This document shows positions 1 through 12,480 of a stretch of DNA of 64,000 nucleotides, in pieces; position 1 is the stretch's first letter; every line of letters starts with the position of its first letter. The notes under the pieces are model-generated. The model did no database searches and had not been told where the DNA came from. It was given only the letters and a program-made list of their open reading frames with translations. Source of the stretch: Chiloscyllium plagiosum (Eukaryota); assembly GCF_004010195.1 (NCBI RefSeq), contig NC_057734.1, forward strand, positions 24,568,725 to 24,632,724, written 5' to 3'. The translations under genes were made by a program, and so were the position numbers.

Positions 1-2055
1 AGAAGGAGGTGGAGTGGATATGTGGGAAGGAAGATTTACAGGTAGGACAGCTTAAACGAGCATGCCAAGTTGGAAGTTTGGATCTGGGCTAAGGTGGGGT
101 AGGGAAAATGAGGAAACAGGTAAAATCCACACAGATCCCATATGGTCGGAGGGTCCCAAGGCAGAAGAGGTGTTGTTCCTCCAGGTGGCTAGGGTTTGTC
201 CTTGGTAGAGTGTGGGGGGGGGGGGGGTTTAAAGTATTCAGCCACAGGGCACCATGTGTCCCAGAGATGTTCTCTGAAATGTTCTGCAAGTAGGTGTCCT
301 GTCACCCCGATGTAGAGGAGACCACATTGAGAGCAACGGACACAGTAGATGACATGTGTGGAAATACAGGTGAATGTCTGTCGGATGTTCATGGACACCT
401 CTTCCTATTACCCCCTCGACCACAACCTCATCTCCCATCACCAAACCATCAGCTCCCAGACCATCCACAACCTCATTACCTCAGGGGATCTCCCACCAAT
501 AGCTTCCAACCTCATAATCTGGGAATCCCACACTGCCTAGTTCTACCTCCTACCTAAAATTCATAAATCTGACTGCCTCGGTTGACCCATCATCTCTTGC
601 CCCACCGAACTTATCTCTGCATGCCTTGACAACACTCTGTCGCCTTGGTCCAGGAACTCCCCACATACGTTCAGGATACCACCCACACCCTCCACCTCCA
701 CGATTTTCGATTCCCTGGCCCCAACATCCCATCTTCACCATGGACATCACTGCCTGTATGCGTCCATCTGCCATGACAAAGACCTCCAAGCCCTCCAGTT
801 TGTCCCCTCCCACCGACTCAACCAGTACTGTTCCACTGACACTCATTCGAGTAGCAAAACTGGTCCTTGCCCTCAACAATTTCTCTTTTGAATCCTACTT
901 CCTCCAGACTAAAGGGGTAGCCTTGGGCATCTGCATGGGCCCAAGTTATGCCTGCCTCTTTGTCCGGTATGTGGAGGAGTCCTATCTTCTGCAGCTATCT
1001 TCTGGCATCATTCCCCTTTTCCTCTGCTACATCGATAATTGACTGTATCAGTGCCACTTTGTGCTCCCACAAGAAGGTTGAACAGTTCATGAACACCTTC
1101 CACTCCAACCTCAAGTTCACTTGGACCATCTAGAACACCTCCCTCCCCTTCCTGGACCTCTCCATCTCCATTTCCAGTGACCAATCCAACACAGACATCT
1201 ACTACAAACAGACTCCCACCCTACCTCCTGTAAAAACACTATCCCTTATTCCCAACTTCTCTACTTCTGCCGCACCTGCTCCCAGGAGGACCAATTCCAC
1301 CACAGAACACCCAGCTAGCAGCCTTCTTCAAAGACTGCAATTTCCCCTCCCATGTGGTCAGCAATGCCTTCCACTTCCCACACTTCTGCCCTTGAACCCC
1401 ACAGTTTCAATTGCAACAAGGTCAGAACCACCCTGGTCCACACTTTCCACCCCACTAACCTCTGGATATATTGCATCATCTTCCGCCGTCTACGAACAGG
1501 CCCCACCACCAGGGATATATTTCCCTCCCCACCTCTATCCGTGTTCTGGAGAGACCAGTCCTTCTGTGACTCCCTTGTTAGGTCCACACTCCCCATCAAC
1601 CCACCCTCAACTTGCAGCACCTTGCCTGTCACTGCAAGAAGTGCAAAACCTGCACCCACACCTACCTCCTCACTTCCATCCTAGGCCCTAAAGGATCCTT
1701 CCACATCCTGTACTTCCATGCATGGCTATGTGCCTCTACGTGGGATGACAGGATGCCTACTTACAGAATATTTCAGAGAACATCTCTGGGACACACATGA
1801 AACAACCCCACCCTGCTGTGGCCGAACACTTTAACTCCCCCCTCTCCCACTGCCAAGGACATGCAGTGGAGGAAGAATGCCTCATCTTCCACCTTGGGTC
1901 CTTCCAACCACATGGGATCAATGTGGATTTCACCAGTTTCCTCATTTCCCCTCACCCCACCTTATCCCAGATCTAACCTTCCAACCTGGCACTGACCTCT
2001 TTAATTGTCTTACCTGTCCATCTTCCTTCCCACCTATCACCTTCACTCCCATCTT
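1..2055 (+). mobile_element. Degenerate Penelope-like retroelement (probably Neptune clade) with an inverted 5' segment
   Basis: About 386-2055 (+): broken RT (FYLLPKIHK, LNNFSF, GVALG..MGPSYA, YID) and CHCKKCKTC linker. About 1-385: inverted copy of the GIY-YIG/3' region (IYCVRCSQCGLLYIG). Confidence 0.85.
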
Positions 2056-2185
2056 GTCATAATCATATTTGGAAAATTTAGAGTTCATTGAGGTTGTAAT
2101 AAATAAAGTAGATAAAGAGGAAGCAGTAGGTGTTGGGTGTTTGAATTTCCAAAAGATATTTGATATTTGATCTGACCAAACATGT

Positions 2186-3293
2186 AGATGACGGTAGGGC
2201 AGTTGATGTGGTATACATGGACTTGAGTAAAGCCTTTGATAAGGTTGCATGGAATTGAGGGTGATTTAGCAGTTTGGATTAGAAACTGGCTTTCTGAAAG
2301 AAGGCAGTGAGTGGTGGTTGATGGAAAATATTCAGCCTGGAGCCACAAGGATCTGTTTTGGGACCACTGCTGTTAGTCATTTTTATAAATGACGTGGACG
2401 CAGGCATAGATGGATGGATTAGTAAATTTGCAGATAATACTAAAGTTGGTGGAGTAGTGGACAGTTTTGAAGAATGTAACCAGTTGAAGGAAGACTTGGA
2501 TAATCTGCAGAATTGGGCTGAGAGATTGCAAATGGAGTTCAATGCAGCTAAATGTGAGGTGATGCACTTTGGGAAGAATAACAGGGAAGGCAGAGTACTG
2601 GGCCAATGGAAAGATTCTTGGTAGTGTGGACGTGCAGAGGGGTCTTGGAGTCCATGTTCATAGATCCTGGAAAGTTGCCACCCAAGTTGATAGTACAGTT
2701 AAGAAGGCATATGGTGTGTCAGGTTTCATTCGTAGAGGGATTAAGTTCCGGAGCCGCAATATCATGCTGCAACTATACAAAATGCTAGTGCGGCCACACT
2801 TGGAATATTGTGTACAGTTCTGGTCGCCATATTTTGGGAAGGATGTGGGAGCATTGGAAAAGGTGCAGAGGAGATTTACAGGATGTTACCTGGTCTGGAG
2901 GGAAGGTCTTATGAGGAAAGGCTGAGAGACTTGGGTCTGTTGTCATTGCAAAGAAGAAGGCTAAGAGGGGATTTGATTAGAGGATTAGATAGGGTAGACA
3001 GTGAAAGTCTTTTTCTAGGATGATGACGTCCGCTTGTACGAGGGAGCATAACTACAAATTGAGGGGTGATAGATTTAAGATGTCAGAGGCAGATTATTTA
3101 CGCAGAGAGTGGTACGGTTGTGGAATGCCCTACCTGCTAATGTAGTCAACTCAACCACATGAGGGAGATTTAAACAATCCTTGGATAAGCACATGGACGA
3201 TGATGGAATAGTGTAGGGGCACGAGCTGAGAATAGTTCTCCGGTTGGTGCAACATCGAGGGCCGAAGAGTCTGTTCTGTGCTGTATTCTATGT
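2186..3293 (+). mobile_element. CR1 LINE 3' part, nested in an older CR1 fragment (about 2060-2170 and 3300-3375)
   Basis: RT motifs FINDVD, SKFADNTK, LYKMLVRPHLEYCVQFWSP; CR1-type 3' tail ctgtgctgtattctatgt. Confidence 0.92.
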
Positions 3294-3949
3294 CCTGGCT
3301 TGTATGTGGTAGCCTATGGTGTTGGGAGTGATATATTAGCAGGATATTGCCTAATTAGCAGAAATCAGAGAGCTGCTTGGCTGATGCTCTGCAACCACAA
3401 AATTATAATTAACTTTAAGAGCTTTCAGTTTGCTGAAGATGTCACATTAATTCACACTGCCTAATCTGCTGTGACAAATTGCACTTAAACAAGAGACAAG
3501 CATTATATTTGAAAACATTCAAAATAAGTCAGTTCATCCATCTCTTGAAAGTAAGGGGAAGTAATGAAGAAGATAAACAGAATGCTAGCCTTTAACGTAG
3601 GGGAGATGGAATGTGAAATACAGAAATCTTGGTATAAGTGTACATGGAGTTGGTAAATCTGCTCTTAGTGTATGTTTTTATTTTCAAAGGATGGATATAT
3701 TTGCATTAGTAGCAATGTCTACACCAAAAAATTGTCTTCTCCCTCACAGGATCATTAGTTAGTGGAATTTTCTTCCACAGCAAGAAGAGAATGTTGGGTG
3801 ATTGATTGAATATCCTCATGATGCAGTTGGTAGACTGATCTAGAAGGGAGTCCAGGGTTCCGAGGGCAGGCACACTTTTATGCACAGAGTGGGAAGTAGG
3901 ATAGATGGGCCAAATGGCCTATTCCTGCTCCTGTTCCTTGTAATTTTAT

Positions 3950-4700
3950 GAATCATGGAAGAAAGCCATTAAACCAGTCTTGACCTTGCCAAATCTCTGT
4001 CAGATTCATTCTCTAACCTTTTCCTTGCAACTACTCAAAACTTTACTCTTCAACTAATTACCTATTCTCTTTTGAAAGTTACAACTGAATCTACATCCAC
4101 CACACTTTTTGATTGTGTATGCACTCCAGTTCCTAACCTAGTCATTTACCATGTTAAAAAAGTTTCCTTCGACTTGATCTCAGTTATAGAGTCACAAAGA
4201 TGTACAGCATGGAAACACACCCTTTGCTCCAACTCGTCTGGGCTGACCATATACTAATCTCGTCCCACTTGTCAGCACTTGGCCTATATCCCCCTAAACC
4301 CTTCCTATTCATGTCCGCATCCAAATGCCTTTTAAATGTGTAATTGTACCAGCTCCACCACTCCCTCTGGCAGCTTGTTCCATACAGGGTGAAAAAATTG
4401 CCCCCCAGGTCTTTTGCCAATTTCCGTAAATCGGTGGTTACTGGTTCTTTATATTTCTGCCAATTGGGAACAGTTTCTCCCTGCGTGCTCTTTTCGGTCC
4501 TTTATTGTTTTGAATACCATTCTCAATGTTTTCGTCAAGGACAACCCTCTAGCTCCTCACGTAGCGAGAGTCCTTCGTGCCGGCGACAAGTTTTCTGAAT
4601 CTTTTCTATACTCCCTTTAAAGCCTTCACATGCTTCGGAAAGTGTGGGGTTCAGAATTAGATGTAATATTACAAGTGAAAGCTGAATCAGGAGATTGAGA
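3950..4700 (-). mobile_element. CR1 fragments abutting the ARPC3 promoter; a younger 3' end at about 4185-4410
   Basis: Reverse strand reads TFKRHLDADMNRKGLGGY plus the CR1 tail; older CR1-like sequence lies on both sides. Confidence 0.75.
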
Positions 4701-4729
4701 ATTACAGTCCAACACTTGACATACGATGG

Positions 4730-5006
4730 GGTGGGGCGGAAGAAATGTCTTCCAGTAAAACGTTAAAACCTATCGCCAGGATCACCCGGGACCGTGTCAC
4801 GTGGGAGTGACGTCACCGCGCATGCCCCCCCGGACGGCCGCTCGACGCCGCGCTCGTCCCCAGACGGCCGCTCGACGCCGCGCACGTCCCCGGACGGCCG
4901 CTCGACGCCGCGCACGCCGCCGACAGGGTGGGACTGGCGGAAGCGCTGAGAGTGCCGGAAGCAGGACCAAATTATCCTCGGCGCTTGTTCTGTTGCAGGT
5001 TGTAAA
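4730..5006 (+). promoter_or_regulatory. CpG-island promoter / 5'UTR of ARPC3
   Basis: GC box GGGGCGGA (4733), E-box GTCACGTG (4796), CRE TGACGTCA (4808), NRF1-like GCGCATGC (4818), two ETS-type CGGAAG sites (about 4938 and 4956); CpG-dense in an otherwise CpG-depleted window. Confidence 0.85.
4831..4920. repeat. GC-rich minisatellite, 3 x 30 bp
   Basis: Unit c(g/a)gacggccgctcgacgccgcgc(t/a)cgtccc repeated at 4831, 4861 and 4891; the last copy diverges at its end. Confidence 0.95.
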
Positions 5007-5012
5007 ATGCCG
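5007..5012 (+). CDS. ARPC3: ARPC3 (Arp2/3 complex subunit p21) coding exon 1 (Met-Pro)
   Basis: aaaATGCCG followed by donor GTAAGT, downstream of a CpG-rich promoter; joins exon 2 in frame to give MPAYHS, the ARPC3 N-terminus. Confidence 0.93.
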
Positions 5013-6852
5013 GTAAGTTTCTGGAATGTCTTTATTCCCCCTCCAAACCTTCGTGCGTCGAAGCATTCTAAATTGTTGCTGAAGGGATTTTATGAAGTGA
5101 ACTGAAAATTAAAGATGTGAAAAATCAGGAAGTGGGCCATTTGGGCCTAAGCAAGATCATTTTGATATTGCTATGAATTTTGACACCTTTTAGCTTTATA
5201 AGGTGAAAAACTTTAGTTTTAGGATGTTATCAAATGCTATCCTTCACTGAGTGCATCCACTTTACTGGAAGTTGTGGTTTGAAGTGTTGACCTTAACCAT
5301 CTACAAATAAAATGTGGATTACTTTTGACAGTAATATGCCAGTTAAGACTGAATGCTAGAGAAGGGCAATATTTCTAAATGTACTGAAATGCATAAAAGT
5401 GGATAAATCCCCAGGACCTGATCAGGTGTACCCTACAACACTGTGGGAAGCTAAGGAAGTGATTGCTGAGCTCCTTACTGAGATATTTGTATCATCGATA
5501 GTCACAGGTGAGGTGCCGGAAGACTGGAGGATGGTTAACGTGGTGCCACTGTTTAAGAAGGGTGGTAAGGTCAAGCCAGGGAACTATAGACCGGTGAGCC
5601 TGACCTCGGTGGTGGGCAAGTTGTTGGAGGGAATCCTGAGGGACAGGATGTACATGTATTTGGAAAGGCAAGGACTGATTAGGGATAATCAACATGGCTT
5701 TGTGCATGGGAAATCATGTCTTACAAACTTGATTGTGTTTTTGAAGAAATAACAGAGAGGATTGGTGAGGGCAGAGCAGTAGACATGATCTATATGGATT
5801 TCAGTAAGGCGTTCAACAAGGTTCCCCATGGGACACTGGTTAGCAAGGTTAGATCTCACGGAATACAGGGAGAACTCGCCATTTTGGATACAGAACTGGC
5901 TCAAAGGTCGAAGACAGAGGGTGGTGGTGGTGGAGGGTTGTTTTTCCAGACTGGAGGCCTATGACCAGTGGAGTGTCACAAAGATCGGTGCTGGGTCCAC
6001 TACTTTTCTTCATTTATATAAATGATTTGGATGTGAGCATAAGAGGTATAGTTAGTAAGTTTGCAGATGAGACCAAAATTGGAGGTGTAGTGGACAGCAA
6101 AGAAAGTTACCTCAGATTACATTGGGATCTTGATCAGATGGGCTGAGAACTGGCAGATGGAGTTTAATTTAAATAAATGTGAGGTGCTGCATTTTCGGAA
6201 AGCAAATCTTAGCAGGACTTATACACTTAATGGTAAGGTCCTCGGGAGTGTTGCTGAACAAAGAGAACTTGGAATGCAGGTTCATAACTCCTTGAAAGTG
6301 GAGTCGCTGGTAGATAGGATAGTGAAGAAGGCGTTTGATATGTTTTCCTTTATGGGTCAGAGTATTGAGTACAAGAATTGGGAGGTTATGTAGTGGCTGT
6401 ACAGGACATTGTTTGGGCCTCTGTTGGAATATTACATGCAGTTCTGGTCTCCTTCCTACTGGAAAGATGTGTGAAACTTGAAAAGGTTCAGAAAAGATTT
6501 ACAAGGATGTTGCCAGGATTGGAGGATTTGAACTATAGGGAGAGGTTAAATAGGCTGGGGCTGTTTTACCTGGAGCATCAGAGGCTGAGGCTGAGGTGAA
6601 GCGCTACTGTGGTGTTTCCTCCGGCATCTTATAGTGATTTATTAAATTATGAGGGGCATGGACAGGATAGATAGACAAGGTCTATCCCTGGGGTGGGGGA
6701 GTTCAGAATTAGAGGGCATAGGTTTGGGTTGAGAGGCGAAAGATATCAAAGAGATCTAAGGGGCAACTTTTTCATGCAGAGGGTGGTACGTGTATGGAAT
6801 GAGCTGCTGGGGAAGTGGTGGAGGCTGGTACAATTGCAACATTTAAAAGGCT

Positions 6853-7239
6853 GCTGTGGTTCTGTTTGCTGAGCTGGAAGTTTTTGTTGCAAACGTTTCG
6901 TCCCCTGTCTAGGTGACATCCTCAGTGCTTGGGAGCCTCCTGTGAAGCGCTACTGTGGTAGTTTTGCTCATGCTGGGTATCGGGTCCTTAGTTTTGGTGA
7001 GTTGTGGACAGCCAGACTACTGCGACCACTAGGACTTATAACAGCACACAAACCAACAGCCACTCTCAGACAACAACTCACCAAAACGAAGGACCCGATA
7101 CCCAGCATGAGCAAAACTAACGTAGTGTATAAAATCCCATGCAAGGACTGCACAAAACACTATATAGGACAAACTGGAAGACAGCTAACGATCTGCATCC
7201 ACGAACATCAACTAGCCACGAAACGAAACGACACTTTGA
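6853..7239. mobile_element. Penelope/Poseidon-type fragment: terminal repeat (-) plus GIY-YIG endonuclease piece (+)
   Basis: NVVYKIPCKDCTKHYIGQTGRQL on +; 12-bp TSD atttaaaaggct at 6841-6852 and 7240-7251. Confidence 0.9.
6888..6928 (-). ncRNA. Minimal hammerhead ribozyme motif in a Penelope terminal repeat
   Basis: Minus strand: gca CUGAGGA u GUCACC uagaca GGGGAC GAAA CGUU ugc; conserved core, stem II, palindromic loopless stem III, 3-bp stem I. Confidence 0.7.
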
Positions 7240-7415
7240 ATTTAAAAGGCTTCTGGATGGGTATATGAATAGGAAGGGTTTGGAGGGATATGGGCTGGGT
7301 GCTGGCAGGTGGGACTAGATTGTGTTGGGCTATCTGGTTGGCATGAACAAGTTGGACCGAAGGGTCTGTTTCTGTGCTGTACGTCTCCATGACTCTACTT
7401 CTTTTCCTCTCTCAG

Positions 7416-7515
7416 GCTTATCATTCAACCCTTATGGATAGTGATGTAAAACTGATTGGAAACATGGCATTATTGCCGCTTAAGACCCAATTTAAAGGAC
7501 CCGCTCCCAAAGAAA
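7416..7515 (+). CDS. ARPC3: ARPC3 exon 2
   Basis: ctctctcag acceptor, gtaag donor; 100 nt encoding [33 protein letters not shown]. Confidence 0.97.
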
Positions 7516-9423
7516 GTAAGTTTTGAGATTGATTTTTGTAAAAATTATGGAATAGCTGTTTCAGTTTGTACAGTTGTGCGTAGCAGCATAAGTATTAGCT
7601 TTGTAATTCAAACAAGTTAATAATTGTAGAAAGATCTTTCAAAAATGTCCTGGTGCTAGGGAGGAAAATACACATTAGTTTACAAATGGACACATTTCCA
7701 TTCAGCAGCATGGTTGTGATAGAAATTACTGCCTAGGGGAATGTTTGTGGGTATACTTATTTGTTATTATCTACCGTCATTCAGTAAGAGAGTAAAGGGC
7801 TCTCTAAGGTTAAATATATTCTGCTCTTGTTATGATTTAAGTACCAAATATACAAAGAATGTGTCTATTATTCCATTTATAAAATTTGCTTGTCAGAAGC
7901 AGTTTGCCACAGCTGGATTTCTAGTTGATTTTTGGAGAAATGCTGAAAATTTAAAAAGTTATGTTTTAGAAACTATAATGTCACGTTTTGTCATTTTTTG
8001 GCCTGGTACTTGTATTTAAGAGTGCTGTTGGTTGACATATTGACGTAGGTTATTCTGTCATTGAGTTTTTATCACATGGAAAGAGGCCCTTAGGCCCATC
8101 ATATCTACATGAATCAAACATTTATTCTAATTTTCAAGTGCACATATACATAGTTTGTGAAAGACTTGAGGGTTCCTGTCTCTGCTACCCTTTCAGGCAC
8201 TGAGTTCTAGACACAACCCTCTTGGCGGAGGAGGGAAATTTTTCAAATCCCCTTTAAACCTCCTGCTCCTTACCTTAAAGCTCTACTTGCTAGTTATTGA
8301 CCCATCTATTAAGGGAAAATGTTTCTCCCACTTTTTTCCTGGGTAGAGAAAACTTGAGAGAATGGTATTGAGGGAAAGTGCAACTATATTTTCTAATGTC
8401 ACTAGCAAGATAGATTTAAATAAATTTTCATGGAATGTGAGTGTCGATGGCTAGGCTAGCATTTATGACCCATCCTTAGGTGCCCTTGAGAAGATACTGC
8501 TGAGCTGCCTTCCTGTATCACCACAGTACTTAAGGTTATGCTATTAGGAAGGGATTTCCGAGATTTGACCCAGTAGCAATGAAGGGACAGTGAAATATTT
8601 CCAATGAGAAAGTTGTGTGTGTTGGAGGGAAATTTACAGGTGGTGGTGCTTCTACATGTCTGCAGTCCTTATGTTTTCTTGGGTTAGTCATGTGGAGAGA
8701 GGTGAAAAGTTAGCTTAAGGGTTTTTTTTGTACTATTCACCTGATGGCCCAAGAAAGAGTACCTATATCAGCCACTAAGTATGATTTGACATTCTAAGTC
8801 AAAAGTAATATAAGTTAAGTTTTCAACAGTTACCACAAGACACATGTTAGACTGATAGGGCGTGATTGGATCCAGAAACCAGACCATGCATCATAGTTCA
8901 TGCCGAGAGTTCTCCAAGCGGAGATGCTTCTTTGTTTGGAACATTGCTGCCTGAAGAAGGAAGAGTTAATTGGCGAGGGATTAATCAAGTTTGGAGTTTA
9001 ATCAAGGAATGAACTTTTCCCCTTGGTGGGGGACAATGACCAGAGGGTGTACATTTAATATATAAGAGAGAGGAAGTTTAGAGGGAATGAGAGGGAAAAA
9101 TATTTTGATCCAGAAGGTGGATGGAATCTGGAGCTCATTACCTGTAAGGGTGGTAAAAGCAGGAAACTTCATAATATTTAAGAGGTATTTAGATGTGTAC
9201 TTACAATGCTAAGATATTCAAGACAATAAGCCAGAAGCTAGAAAACATGATTAGAATAGGTAGGTGGTAGTGCTTTTGACCTAATGGACCCAAGGACATA
9301 TTTCTGTGCTATAGACCTATGTGGCTATAACTCATTCTCCTGATGGAAGAATGAAATCAAATTATTAATTTGTTGTTATGCTTAAGGAGTTAAGATTTGA
9401 TTATCAATAATTATCTTTTCCAG

Positions 9424-9500
9424 CCAAAGACACTGATGTCATTGATGAAGCAATCTACTATTTTAAGGCAAATGTTTTCTTCAAAAACTATGAAATAAAG
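9424..9500 (+). CDS. ARPC3: ARPC3 exon 3
   Basis: ttttccag / gtaagt; 77 nt encoding (T)[25 protein letters not shown]. Confidence 0.97.
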
Positions 9501-10744
9501 GTAAGTTTGTTTTTTGATTTGTCAATTTTAAAGATTCTTTGTGAATAAAATATATGAATAATTTGTTATGTATTAGAGGAAATAATGCATTATATAATGT
9601 AACACAGAGATCACTGGCACAGAAATTGTGGTACATATGTTTAGATCTATTTTTGACATCAGCCATGATGTCCAAGTATCTTAACATATCTTAATGAGCC
9701 AGAAGGTCAGAAGAAGACTTGATGTGGATTTTTGTGCGCATTTTACTAATTGATCCATATGTTGCATCATTACAGAGTGAAAGCAAATTCTCCACTTTCC
9801 TCCTACTTCAGTAGGGATCAAAAAAAATAGATGTTTTCACAAGGATACATAGATAACAAGCCTGTTAAGTATAAAATATAAAACTAATATGGCGAAACAA
9901 ATAATTCCTTATTTCGTGTAAGAACTAGACCTTAATTATTAAATGCTACAAAAAATCTTACTCGTTTAGATACTGATAAGTCATCATGGGCACATAGCTA
10001 GCAGACATTGTCTGTTTTGCATTCTTATGTATTTTCATATTAAAAACTGGACTGCAGTTTTTCAAAAAAACATCATTCACCGTCACTCTCCAGGGCAGTT
10101 AAGAATGGGCATTAAGAAATAGGAGTAGAATTAGGCCATTCGGACCATTGGATCTGCTCCACCATTTGGTCACGGCTGACATGCTTCTCAATCCTTGATT
10201 CTCTTTACAAAGAAAGCTGGGTGACTGTCTGTGTGGAGTTTGTACATTCTCCCCATGTCTGCATCAGTTTCCTCTGGGTGCTCCGGTTTCCTTCCACAGT
10301 CCAAAGGGCCTGTTTCCACACTGTAGGGAATCTAATCTAATCTTAACCTATCTATCTCCGTCTTAAAGACACACAAAGACTTGGCCTCCATAGCCTTGTG
10401 TAGCAATGAGTTCTACTGGTTCGCCAGCATCTGACTGAAAAAAATCCTCTTCATCTTAGTTTTAAAGGGTTTTCTCTTCACCCTGAGGCTGTGCCCTTGG
10501 ATTATAGTCTCTACTATGACTGGAAACATCTTCTCCCTGTCCACTGTACCCAGGCGTTACAACATGGAGGCAAATTTCTCTGATAATTAAACCAAACACC
10601 CAGAAAAGCTTGCCTCATCTCTTCTCGCAATCTGTTAACTATAGAGTGATGGAGAACTCCTAAATTCCACTACTTAAAGAAAAATAACAATTTATTGTCT
10701 TAACTCTAATAGTGATCACTAAACAACAATGTATAACATGAATA

Positions 10745-12250
10745 GTTGTGGTTCAAACACAGAGCCTGTGGAACTCCACTAATCACCGGCTGCCATCCTG
10801 AAAAAGACCTTTTCCTCCCCTCACTGCCTTATGACAGTCACCTATACCTCTATCCATGCCAATATCTTGCCCCTAATACCATGGACTCATTTAGCAGCTT
10901 CTTGTGCAGCACCTTGTCAAAGGCCTTCTGGAAATCCAAATAGATCATGCCCACTGGCTATCTTTTCTCTAACTTGCTTGTTACCTCCTCAAAGAATTCT
11001 AGCAAATTTGTCAGGTATGACCTCGTGACGAAGCTGTGCTGACTCAGCCCTATTTTACCATGAACCTCCTGGTACTCCGCAATCTCATCCTGAATAATAG
11101 ACGGTTAAATCTTACCAATGAGTGAGGTCAGGCTAACTGGCCTATAATTCTCATCTTCTGCCTCCGTCCCTTTTTAATCGGGTGTAATGTTAAATCATTT
11201 TTCAGTTCTCCAGGACCCTCCCTGACTCCAGTGATTCCTAAAAGGTACCAGCAATGCCTCCACAGTCTCCTCAGCTAGCTCCTTCAGACGCATGGCTTAG
11301 AATCCATCTGGTTTGGGTGATTTATCTGCCTTTCAATTTTTGTAGCATATTCTCCTTAGTGATGGCCACTGCACTCGCCTCTGCCCCTTGATTCCCGTGA
11401 AGTTCTTGTACGTTGCTGGTGGTTTCCACTGTGAAAACAGATGCAAAGTACCTGTTCAGTTTCTCTGTCACTTCTTTATTCTAGATTACTATGTCTCCAG
11501 TCTCATTTTGCAGCAGTCCAACGTCCATTCTTGCCTCTCTCTTACCTTTTTAGATATCTTGAAAAAAATTTACAATCTTTTTGTTATTAGCCAACTTATC
11601 CTCCTATTTTATCATCAATCACTTTATTGCTTTTTCGGTTGTCCTCTGGTTTTTAAAGACTTCCCACTAATCTTCACCATATTGTATACTTTCTCTTTTG
11701 CTTTTATCCTGTCCCTGACATCCCTTGTCAGCCATGGCTGCCTCGCCCTTCCCTTAGTGTTTCTTTTTCCTTGGGATGAATTTCTGCTGTGTCTCCTGAA
11801 TTATCCCCAGAATCTATTGTCATTGCTGTTCTAATGTCTTTCTTTTTAGGTTCTCCTTATATCTTTGTAGTTGGCTTTACTCAACTGCTAATACCATTAC
11901 ATCTGATTCCAGCTTCTCCCTCAAATTGCAGGGTGTATTGTATCATGTTGTGGTCACTGCCCCCAAGGGGTTCTTTCACCAAAAGCTCCCTAATCAAGTC
12001 TGCCTCATTACACCAGTAAATCCACAATTTCCTGTTCCCTCGTGGGCTCTACCACAAGTTGCTCCAAAACGTCATCTAGCAGACATGCCATGAATTCTTT
12101 TTCTTGGGATATGCTATCAACCTGATTTTCCAAGTTTGCCAACAAATTGAAGTCCCTCATAATTACTGTAATAGTGCCTTTCTTAATGCCTTTTCTTTCT
12201 GCTGACTACTGCTAGAAGGCCCATGCATAACTCCCATCAGGGTCTTCTAA
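10745..12250 (-). mobile_element. Degenerate CR1 LINE (ORF2 region)
   Basis: Reverse strand gives DFQKAFDKV, GVPQ and YRPVSLTS motifs. Confidence 0.85.
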
Positions 12251-12480
12251 ACGCTGACCTACCCAGCAACATCCACTTTGCATGAACAAATGAAAGGATA
12301 CTCAAAGCTTTTACTTGTACTAATCGCTTATGCTTTAATGGGAGTTATTTTTAAAATTAGGATTGTTCATAGAATTCTATACTATTCCACCAAAATGCTG
12401 TAAAGGCTAAATGTATCAAAATTGTGAAGGATGGATTGTATTTTTTTTGCTGAGCAGACATTAAGGGTTGTGGAAACAAG

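Larger units (their letters stand above)
5383..7397 (+). mobile_element. 5'-truncated CR1 LINE filling most of ARPC3 intron 1, interrupted by a Penelope insert
   Basis: DKSPGPD, VPEDWR, NYRPVSLTS, QHGF..GKSCLTNL, YMDFSKAF, SKFADETK; frameshifted; 3' tail ends at about 7397. Confidence 0.95.

Noticed and set aside
1-4700. 3' exons of GPN3, the expected upstream neighbour
   Set aside because: The region is almost entirely Penelope and CR1 sequence; no GPN3-like peptide was recognised.
4797-5066. Arg-rich, protamine-like ORFs on both strands (4801-5016 +, 4797-5066 -)
   Set aside because: They are translations of the 30-bp GC minisatellite in the ARPC3 promoter; there is no independent coding evidence.
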